This document shows, piece after piece, positions 54,772 through 64,000 of a stretch of 64,000 nt of DNA. Origin of the DNA: Yuukianura sp. NJ FZ-2021. Lineage: Eukaryota. Within the stretch, counting starts at the first letter, position 1, and every line of letters starts with the position of its first letter. The notes under the pieces are model-generated. The model saw only the letters and a program-made list of their open reading frames with translations. It was not told the DNA's origin and ran no database searches. A program made the position numbers and the translations under genes. The stretch spans positions 4,774,001-4,838,000 of the forward strand of contig CM102284.1 of assembly GCA_046563655.1 (NCBI GenBank), read 5' to 3'.

Positions 54772-57700
54772 CTGGAAATTCAAAGAATCGAAATTTTGAA
54801 ATTTTTACTAATTTTTGTACAACATGTGCCATCACAAGAAAAATGAGTAGGAACATTACAAAATGACGAGAAGCAAAATTTTGTAATAATTAAAAACCAA
54901 AATTTTGAAAAAATTTGCAATTTTTTTTTCCAAATAGTACCAGCACGAAACCAGCAGTGTCATAACTCAAATATTTATTTGAAAATGAGACCATGGAGGA
55001 TTAAGTATCATAAAATGAAAAACGAGAAAGTTCGCTTTCTCCCTCGTGTTTTTTCTCTCGTAATTTCTATTCTGTAAATCATCTTTTACTACTACTGCTC
55101 TCGAACCATTTTCGCGCACGATGCTTTTGAACAAAAAAAAATTCAAAAAAACAGACGAAAATTTGCCAAGCCTTTGAAGAGGATGCAACATTCGGCTTCG
55201 CTGAATCGGTGCTTGCTGCGCTCCTGCTTTCAATTCCATTCTTTCTTCTGAAATTATGGAGACAGTTATGGGTAATTCAAAAGACATTGCTCTGTCCACA
55301 TAAACTTTCTTTTTATTGGATGCAAATCCAGTAGTTTTTGGTGGCTTCGGTGACTATGGGAAAGCTGGTGGGTGGCTCAGTTGGTGGTGGCTTCATGCAA
55401 AACTTTTCCCGGGCGGAACTTTTTTCAAAAAAGGCGGAAAGAGCGCTTTCCGGATCCTTTTGGGTAAATACCCGGGTAGTTACCCGGGGAAAGGTGAACC
55501 TGCGGTTGGAACACAAACTTTCTCTTTTCAATTTTTCGCGCTGGTTCAACTTTTACTTTCCCCGCTCTTCGGAAAAGTAAGTTTTTGAAGCATGAGGCTT
55601 TTATTGCTGAATTAGCGTCATGGTCTTTGGCTCTCAAAATTTATGCACAGTTTAGACTTTCATCTTTTTCTAAATATGTTTTTCCTTTCTTTTTTTAAAC
55701 TTTTTTAAACAAGAGAGCTTTTAGTGCCCATTTGAACACTAAAGCTCTTGGTGTTTGTTCTCTCCCTTAAGGACCCATACAAATTCACCTTCATTTAACT
55801 TGCTTATTAAAACTCATAATCTGTTCATCCTAGCTGCAGGGTTCTTTTAAAAAAAAAGTGTTTCAAACAAAGTAGTAGAGTAAGACAGAAGAAAATGAAT
55901 AGTCCTTGTTCTAAATGGCATGTTTTGAATATTAAGAGTTTAGAAATTCAAAAAACCTTTCTCCCTGAAGGCGAAAGTGATGATGGAGAAAGCTTAATTA
56001 AAAATTGAATTAGTCCTTAACTACTCAAGGTGCTTTCACCAACACCTAAGTCGCTTTAACTTAAAAACTGAAGAAGGTAGAGGTATATAGAACCTTTCTG
56101 GGAGGAAGTACGTGACGCTGTTCTAAGATCGACCGAAGGAAAACCCATAGGAATGGAACTGAGACTGAGGCCTACGGGACTACTTGTGATAATTAGTTGA
56201 TCCAATTAGTTACTCCCTCCCAGACCTACGCCTATCCTTAAGTGAAAACAATTAAATGCATCTTGGGAACTGCCCAGAGGTTCCGTAAAAAATGAAAGAA
56301 TTTTTACTTTTTATGGACAAGAAGCTCTAAAGTTTTACTTTCACTTTGCATTCTTAGACTAATTCCAAGTGCAGCTTTTAATTAAAAAGCTTATAAACTT
56401 TTTAACGTAGCAATTTCTTTTGGCACATTCAGTGAGAGGTGCAGCTGAGCATAATAGACTTACTGTAAGCTACACTTCTCACTGTTAGGATAGCCTATAG
56501 CGGGCATTAGGCTAATGCTAGAAATTTCTGGATCCATAAGAACGAACACTTTACATAAGGCTGCATTTGATTTCAATTGCTTCCCAAAATGTTTATTTAC
56601 TATCCAAATTTAACGTTCCTTGACCCCTCATGGATTTCAGATACACTCTTTTCTCTAGTGCTGCTTTCTCTTCCAGAACTTGGACTCTTTGCGGAATAAA
56701 ACCATAGGATGATGTGGTCATATGCCTTACGATGGAAAAGCATTAGTTCCAATGGAGGGAAATAAAAAGGAATGGGAGGATATGAAGAAAAGGAAATGGA
56801 GAAAGATGGAGGGGGCGGAGGAATCAAGGAATAGGATTTGTATCAGAAATGGCACTGCCAGATAAAGAAAGCATTGGAGGATTTCGGGCTTTTCAAGTTA
56901 GACTAACGTTAGAGTGAAGTTAGGTTAGTTTTGGGTATAAGAGAAAGCTTAAGTTAGGGTTGGATGCACAGGTATGAGTGAAAGGAGGGTGCAGTGATGG
57001 GCTAGGAGGAAGGAGCCAAAAGACTGATTCCGGCTCTGATACGCTGATTGAAAGTCATCAAGAAAATGTACTTTCTCAAACACTTTCACTTTTGCCCAAA
57101 TCCTAACAACTCTACCAACAGTTCCAAACTTGATGATAAAATCAATCACATTGGGTTTCATGCCCAGATTATACAAATAGAACCATTTTCTAAAAAATCT
57201 TTTCATTCTAAAAAAATTTGAACATAATCTAAAACCAAATGCCTAACGTGTTCAGTAACGAACCTAACGTAATCCAAGTATCCAGTGAAAGGTAACTATC
57301 CAATTAACCAGTTTTTCCTGGAGAAAGTCAACAGAAGCAACAAAAGTGTAAGTTCGAAGTAACCAAAAAATGTCTTCCCACGCTATGTTAGGCTTAGCCA
57401 AAAACCTAACCTGACACATTCTGTTTCCTTTCTTTCTTTTTTTGCAAAAAGAGATTTCCGAAATAATTTTTTTTTCTATTGAGCTTACTTTCTCCTTTCA
57501 TTTCCGAGGATCTAATAAGGGGTCTCCTTATTATATTTTCTCCGGATGAAGAGAAAGTGCTTGTTCGATTGGCTCTTTTTGCAGCCTCTTTTTTTAGTTG
57601 CAAAGAGGCTGAACACATCTGAGCTTCTCACATTTTTTTTGAAACTACAATTTTTTCTTTTGATATCGAATATCCTCTTGCAGCTCTCGAGGCTTCTTCA

Positions 57701-60316
57701 ACAGCGAATTATTTTCTCCAGCGTTTCTTCCTTTTCTTTTGTTTTCTCCATCATTAGAGTGAAGAAGAATGACGCAAATCACTATGCATAACTAGAAGGC
57801 TCTCTTCTAGTATTTGATCTTCTGATCTTTCAGGAAGCACAGTCTACAACTGGGCATTCCAATTCCATTTTTGTGTTCAAACGAGACCCTTTGTCTGTTT
57901 TTGAAAAAATTTACATAGGCCTTGTGCCAAATTGTGCTAATTTTGTTCCAGAAATCACATTCAAAGGATTCCTTCTTTTTCTATTTGAAGAAAAAAAAAT
58001 TCTGTTTCAATTTTGAAAATAGAATGCAAAAAAGCCAACTACGGATGGAAAAAAAGCACAACGCGATTGAAATGAAGTCAAAATGTTGTTCCAATTTCCT
58101 ACTTTTGGAAACAAACTTTTTTGATTTTCTTTCTCCATAATTTTATTTGTTCTAAAAAAAATGGAACACTGCGTGTTTAAGAATGGCAGTAAACTTTTTT
58201 CTTCGAAAAGGAAGAAAAAGTGAGATATTTCATTTTGAAAAGTTAAAATTGAAAAAAGCGAAAACAAAATGAGCAACTCGGTCGTAAAAGTTTGTTATAT
58301 TTGAACAGAATGTGACAAGACAGGACCAAGATTTTCATGGAGTTGGAGAAAGCACAACTTTTTTTTTGAAGAAGAATTGAAATATGCGTTTCCATTTTGG
58401 TGCATGTTCAAACAAGAGGGTACGAAAAAAGAGAAAGGAGAGATCCTTGTGTGCGTCGCTCAATCTTCTTCTCCCTTCAAAATTCATATCAACTTTTTTC
58501 GTTTTTTACATTTTTACCAAAAAAAAATTCTAACTTTCTCTCTCGCTTCGTCTAAAGTTCGCCTAGAAACTGAATAGGATGACAACAACACGGAACAAGA
58601 GAAAACGGAACTTCTGAAGAGATAATAGGACTTAGAAACCCTGTTTTCGAACAATAGAATACAATAAGCTTCTCCAGTGAACCAAATCTGCTCATATCGA
58701 CATCTTGTTAGTTACGTGTTTTCATTTTCAAAATTTCCATTTTGTTACCTAATGCTCTACCTATGTGAGTTTACGAAAAAGTGAAAGTGGCTTAAGCCTT
58801 TATGACGAGGAAACAGAAAATGAGGAAGTAGGAATTATGCATAGTGGGACTTTATTTTCTTATCATCATAAATTGGGAAGTTTCTGCTCCAGTTTCATCC
58901 TAAAACTAAAACTAGACTAGACTAGTTTTAGAGACTAGAAAGTAGAAAGTGGCTTCTACTAATCTAGAATCTTCTACTAGTTCTCTAACCTACTTTCTTC
59001 TTGTCTTCTATCCCCATGCTTCGTGGTACTACAACAACCAAATTAATCATCAGGCAACCCTCAACTAAACGACGACTCAGCATAAATTCTCATCAGATTT
59101 GTCAACTTTCTTCTTAAAGCTTCTCCTTAGCTTCCTCGTACCACAAGGGCTTAATTTTCTATTTTCCAAATTGGGTGAAAACTTTGGTCTTAATAGAAAT
59201 GCTACAAATTGAATTTTATTATTTATTGTATTATTAAAATTTATGGGTTTCAACATGTTGACTTTCACTTTAAAAAAAATATAGCGTCAAGATAATAGCA
59301 TTTCTTCATCACAGCGTCACTTTTCTCTTCCACTCAATCTGAAGTTTTACGTTTTTAGTGACCGTTGTTGCTTTAATGAATTTTCTGAGCTGAAGAGCCC
59401 GTAAGGTCATTTGTATTTTTTTAGTAGTTTCGAAATAGTTTTTTTAAGAAAAGTGTTCTTAGATTTGTACTTAAACGGGTGAGAGCGAAGTAGGAACAAC
59501 TTTTGAAGAAGACTTTCATGACACAACGAGTGTATGAAATTGTTCTAGAAAGTGATAAATTGTTCCCAAGCTGTTTGGACCATGTCTCATCTTCTTTTTC
59601 AGCTGTCGCTCCTCTGTCCTTGTACTTTATAGAATCTAGTAGGAAGTAGCTCTAGAAAACTAGAGTTTGCAGCAGTAGTCTAATATTTTCTCAACTTCAT
59701 TGTTCTCCTGTGTGTCTTTTCTGGATCGTAAAAGATAAAAAGAGAATATTTTATAAAGTCAGAGTTAGCAAGTGAAAGCGATAGGAACACCATTGTTGAA
59801 GGTGTAGAGAAAGTTAGACAATGACAATCCTACTTTACTAAAAAGTTTAGCTTCACTTTTCTGTTTATGAATTCAAAGTTACAGTTTTCAACTTGTTTTT
59901 TAAGGTTCCCAAGCAAAAGTTTAAAATTATGGTTCCACCATTTCCAAAATTTTGAAAATGATAAAGTGGACTCTGCCACAACCTTCTGCTGGAGTTTCAA
60001 CTTCCTTGAATCTTTTCCTTCAAGAAGTGGATTATGGGTGCAAAGTAACAGATCAGGTCAAAGGTGAGCAAAGTAAAACTTTCTCTTCCCTTGTTTTAAA
60101 AAATGGCGCCATTTCCGTTTTTTCCCTCAGTTTTTCGGGATATACCCCGAGGGTGTTCGTACTTTCAAAGTCTTTAAACTTTCTAGGTCTAATATTTTTT
60201 CCCGCCAAGAAAAGAATCTACGACTCTTCTGAGCTTTCTTTACTTTCACCTTCTAAGCTCCTTCCTAAGCCTCACATTCACTTTTGACACTTTTCTGGCT
60301 TCCTTGTGTCACAGTA

Positions 60317-60867
60317 TGAGGTCATGGACCTCATCGGAGAACAATTAGTCAATTAGTTAAGTTAAATTAAGTAGGGCGAATGCCCATAAGTGGTTGTCCC
60401 CGGTCTCCCTCCCTTTTTGTGTCAGCAGAGCCGACAGAAGAACTCAAGCAGACTCTCTCTCCAACTGCCATGCCGTTAGCAGCTCCTCCAGACAGCTCCG
60501 CCAATGTCAACCGCCTGATCGCCAGCAGAGAGGTCAACAGGTCAGATCAGCCGTCGGCCAGTGATTGGCCTATGACCAGTGATTGGTCTGCCAGTGATTG
60601 GCATTGTTTTAGCCAGTGATTGGCTTTGGTTTGGCCAGTGATTGGCCGGGAGCCTGTGATAGGCTTTTCCCTTCCCCGGATCGGCGTTTGGTTAGTGTAT
60701 GGCCCTTCAGGCCCTTTCGTTTAGCCCAAAGGGCTTAGTTAGTTGTTAGTATTTTGAGAGAGCTACGATTCAATAAATCGTAGCCCAAGAGATCGGTTTT
60801 TGCTCGTTTTTGTTTCATTTATTCATTGTGGGATTGAGCAGTGCGGAGAGGCACTGCTCAAGCCTCA
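60317..60867 (+). repeat. Probable 5' LTR (551 bp, TGAGG...CCTCA)
   Basis: TG...CA ends with a 5-bp terminal inverted repeat, AATAAA at 60772-60777, and a PBS 4 nt downstream. The 3' LTR is outside the window, so the left boundary is inferred. Confidence 0.75.
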
Positions 60868-60871
60868 TATC

Positions 60872-60881
60872 TGGTGCCCCG
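60872..60881 (+). promoter_or_regulatory. Primer-binding site TGGTGCCCCG
   Basis: TGG-initial sequence just after the LTR-terminal CA; complementary to a tRNA 3' end ...CGGGGCACCA, which is how I recall the metazoan elongator tRNA-Met ending (unverified for this host). Confidence 0.75.
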
Positions 60882-61412
60882 AGCCTTAACTGCCCCTTCA
60901 GAGACATGAGCATTTCATTATAATGGATGATTGATCAGTGATCAATCATCGATTCATGTAAAAATACCGCAACAATCGGTTCGGATGCCGATCATTGGGT
61001 AGCGGAAGGCATGGTTCCCCCTTTTGTACATAAGCAAGTGCAAAGTTCGGTTTTGCGCATTTTTGGTAAAAAGACATTTTTGATTTTAATTTTTTTCGTT
61101 GAGCGCGGTCCGAACCCCGATTCAACTCTCCGATTTCACTTTTCATTTTTTGTAAAGTCAATTACTAATTATATGTACAAAGTTTAAATGCATAATTAAC
61201 CATTCCTAATTAATTCCTGATTCCTAAAATCGCGTTTTTGTTTCTTTTTTGGTTATTTCATGCAGCTGTAAGCAACTAGCAAATTCAGTATCGCTCACCC
61301 CGCGCTCAGATCGGTCGAACATGTGCGCTCCGTTAGCGATCTCTCCTTTGTTTTAACGGTTTTTTCTGCTACTCCAAAAACAAACAGATTTTTTTTGAAT
61401 TCTCTTGTAACC

Positions 61413-62378
61413 ATGGCTACTAATGATGTCAAAGACGCAGAAATTGCGGATCTTACTGAGCAATTACGCGTATTAGAAACAGTGATGGATGACTTGCGTG
61501 CACAGCAGCGATTTTCCGCCGCGCCCGCTCCGGCCGCGCCCGCTCCACAAGTAGTGCTTGTAGAACAAGCACCTGTGATTCCGATTCCAAAATATTCACA
61601 GAAAATTCCAATTTCTTCCTTTTTTAAAGAAGCAGAAGAATATTTTACGCTCAAAAATTCGGATGAAAAGTCAAAAATCGTTCTTATTGGCTTCATGCTT
61701 CATAAAGATTCGGACATTTTTCGTTGGTGGCTGGATATCAAAGAAAGTATCACCACATGGGAACAATTTAAAGCCGCTTTTTTAAATTACGAAGGCGTTT
61801 GTCAGTCTACAGACAAGCTTCTTTGTGATCTTTTCGCTAAAAAGCAATTTTTTTCAGAAGCTTTTGAAACTTTTGCGTGGGATGTCGCAAATTTTTACAA
61901 ACGAATTGACCCGACCGTGTCAAACGAAACGATACGCGAACGGATTGTAAATTCTTGTCTTCCGGAAATTTCAATTTTGCTTAGATCTTCCCGCGCTACG
62001 AATGTAGCCGAGCTAATTGCGCATGGCAAGCAAATTGTGGGCGATCTCAATCGGACTAGACGTTTTGAAAACAAGCCTTTGATTCGTGCGACAGCTTCTG
62101 ACGATTTTTCCGATTTCAATCAAAGACTCAAGGACAGAGCAGCAGCACGTCAACCGTCTAGAGCGGCTTACATTCCCAGGGAATCGTTTCAACCGCAGCC
62201 TATTGGGCCTATTTCAGTCCCACCCGAAAATTCTGGGGCAAGTCAATTCTTTCCAAAGCAAGACTCGGAGGCTCAAACAGCTCCAATTTTTTCTGCTATG
62301 ACTCCAAAACAACCGGAAATTTCCTATTCGCGCCCAGACCGCGCTCCTAATATTCCGCCAAACTCCGACGGAAGGTAG
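61413..62378 (+). CDS. gag: Retrotransposon Gag (ORF open from 61323; probable start ACCATGG at 61413)
   Basis: N-terminal coiled-coil-like segment, retrotransposon-gag-like core (FRWW...ITTWEQFKAAFL...KQ..SEAFETF), Pro-rich tail; no CCHC knuckle; TAG at 62376-62378. Confidence 0.85.
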   Translation: MATNDVKDAEIADLTEQLRVLETVMDDLRAQQRFSAAPAPAAPAPQVVLVEQAPVIPIPKYSQKIPISSFFKEAEEYFTLKNSDEKSKIVLIGFMLHKDSDIFRWWLDIKESITTWEQFKAAFLNYEGVCQSTDKLLCDLFAKKQFFSEAFETFAWDVANFYKRIDPTVSNETIRERIVNSCLPEISILLRSSRATNVAELIAHGKQIVGDLNRTRRFENKPLIRATASDDFSDFNQRLKDRAAARQPSRAAYIPRESFQPQPIGPISVPPENSGASQFFPKQDSEAQTAPIFSAMTPKQPEISYSRPDRAPNIPPNSDGR

Positions 62379-64000
62379 GACGGGAGCTCCCTATCCTTCC
62401 GAAATCGGATTTTTCCAAAGCAGCTCCCACAATCAAAATCAAAATTCGGAATTCCTTTTATTTTGCTCATTTGGATTCGCTATCAACTTATTCGCACATT
62501 TCCGCTTCTTTAGCAAAAGAACTCGGAATGATCATTCACAAAGGGCAAATTCAACTAACGATTGGTGACTCAAGTACAATCAGTACTTCCGGAACAGGAG
62601 AGTTACATTTCAAAATTTATACGGACGATTACATTCACACAGTCCACATTCTCCAGTCTCCGCCTTTTCCAATTATTCTCGGACTTGACTTTATTCGGAA
62701 ATATCATTTGGTCCCGGATTTTCATGACGGTACATTTTCTATTCTCGGAACTAAAACAAGAGGTCGACTCGAATACTATTTTCAAAACCGTGAGTACTTA
62801 TGTGCATTGCTCGGTCTCAGTGACGCGCAAACTGAGGAACTGAAGCATTTGACCGATAGTTTTCCAGCACTTTTCTCTTCTCAGTTAGGCCAAACTGATT
62901 GGGTGAAGTGTGAGTTGACACCGTCTCCCGGACCTCCTATTTCCTCTAAACCCTATCCTGTTAGTCCTTTCAAGCGACAGCTCATTTCAGACAACATTTC
63001 GGAAATGTTGAAATTGGGCGTCATTGAACCCTCTGATTCTGAGTGGGCCTCCCCTGTATATATGCACACTCGTGACAAAGGTCAGTCATGGAGATTTACT
63101 TTGGATTTACGGAAAGTAAATGCTCGGCTACCTCATGATCCTTTTCCTATTCCTAGATTAGATTATTTATTTCATAACTTAGGTCAAGCTAAATTTCTTT
63201 CGGTGATTGATCTTAAGAAGGGCTACTGGCAAGTGGCCATGGACCCACAGAGCGCAAAGTACACCGCTTTCATTTGTCATGAGGGTAAATTTCAATTTAC
63301 GCGCATGCCCTTTGGTTTAAAGTCGGCCCCTTCTTTATTTCAACGCCTTGTAAATAAAATTTTAGGCACAGCGCGAGGACGCTTTGCTGACGGTTACATA
63401 GACGATATAATCGTCTATTCTAGTTCCTGGAAGGAACATTTAGAGCATCTCAAATACGTTTTTGAGAGATTAAATGCGGCTGGTCTCACTGTAAATATGC
63501 AGAAATGTGAGTTCGGTAAAACTACCCTCAAGTACTTAGGGTACATTGTTTCTCCAAATGGAATTGAGAGAGATCCGGATAAGATTTCCGCTGTTTCTGA
63601 TTTTCCCAGGCCGACGACACCCAAACAAGTTCGTCAGTTTTTAGGTCTTTGTTCTTGGTATCGACAGTTTGTCGAAAAATTTTCGGAGCTCAGCGAGCCC
63701 CTGAACCGGTTATTACATAAGGATGTTCCTTTTGTTTGGTCAGACGACCAGGAATCTGCATTTTTAAGGCTCAGAGCAGCCATTTGTTCGGATGATTTGG
63801 TTTTGGCTTTCCCGGATTTTTCCAAAGAGTTTATTATTCGGACGGACGCGTCACGAGTTGGAGTATCCGCGGTTTTAGCCCAAGAAATTAACGGATTTGA
63901 GAGACCCATTGCATTTGCGAGCCGCTCTTTAAATAACGCTGAGAAGAATTACGGTTCCAGCGAAATTGAATGTGTCGGTATTTTATTTGCTTTAAAGAAA
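62351..64000 (+). CDS. pol: Retrotransposon Pol (protease-RT-RNase H; 3'-partial), -1 frame relative to gag; absent from the ORF track
   Basis: Frame opens after TAA at 62348-62350. Retropepsin AHLDSLST...IILGLDFI; RT GVIEPSDSEWASPV, WRFTLDLRKVN, IDLKKGYWQV, RMPFGLKSAP, YIDD at 63395-63406; RNase H IRTDASRVGVSAVL...PIAFASRSL. Confidence 0.95.

Larger units (their letters stand above)
60317..64000 (+). mobile_element. Ty3/gypsy (Metaviridae) LTR retrotransposon, 5' part, cut by the window end; ORFs intact
   Basis: LTR-PBS-leader-gag-pol layout with PR-RT-RNaseH order (RT directly after the protease, as in gypsy); no stop codon seen in pol up to base 64000. Confidence 0.95.

Noticed and set aside
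57406-57618. 70-aa minus-strand ORF ending at a phase-1 donor-like site, as candidate Dscam exon 1
   Set aside because: Lys-rich with no hydrophobic signal peptide; looks like translation of A-rich non-coding DNA.
60380-60619. 79-aa ORF inside the LTR with repeated ASDW
   Set aside because: The peptide repeat is just the translation of the CCAGTGATTGG units; later units continue past the stop, so the constraint is at nucleotide level.
60556-60665. Iron-responsive elements (CAGTGN loops) or a CRISPR-like array in the LTR repeat units
   Set aside because: The bases flanking CAGTGA do not form the IRE 5-bp upper stem with a bulged C; the real symmetry centres on GTGAT. Linkers are 0-7 nt and the context is a eukaryotic LTR, so it is not CRISPR.
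62376-62513. MLV-type UAG read-through from gag into pol
   Set aside because: The gag frame after TAG has no protease motif and reaches another TAG; protease and RT are in the -1 frame.

Overview
AT-rich, intron-dense eukaryotic DNA, most likely from an arthropod (inferred from the Dscam-family gene, the arthropod-type HERC2 and many 60-100 nt GT-AG introns). Left to right: an almost complete HERC2 E3 ligase gene (+, start just upstream of the window); a ~2.5 kb intergenic stretch with diverged repeats; Rpp20/POP7 followed only 49 nt later by intronless TMEM203; membralin/TMEM259; an orphan 4-TM gene; an RDH11-14-like short-chain dehydrogenase; a second orphan 4-TM gene (-); tRNA dimethylallyltransferase TRIT1; a 10-Ig/6-FN3/TM Dscam-family gene without visible alternative-exon arrays (-, 35.5-54.8 kb, first exon not located); and the 5' half of an apparently intact Ty3/gypsy LTR retrotransposon (LTR, PBS, gag, -1 frame pol) running off the right edge. 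Most striking observations: (1) six tandem 5-bp inverted repeats with an invariant GTGAT spacer and fully compensatory arm changes in the LTR; (2) a likely Rpp20-TMEM203 dicistronic or fusion unit; (3) apparent loss of the CPH domain from HERC2; (4) a 25-nt gag/pol overlap with a non-canonical slippery site, plus a D-S-L protease motif; (5) dense nuclear-receptor-type AGGTCA repeats and AGTGAAAGT motifs in Dscam introns. Exon boundaries were read by hand and no database searches were run.
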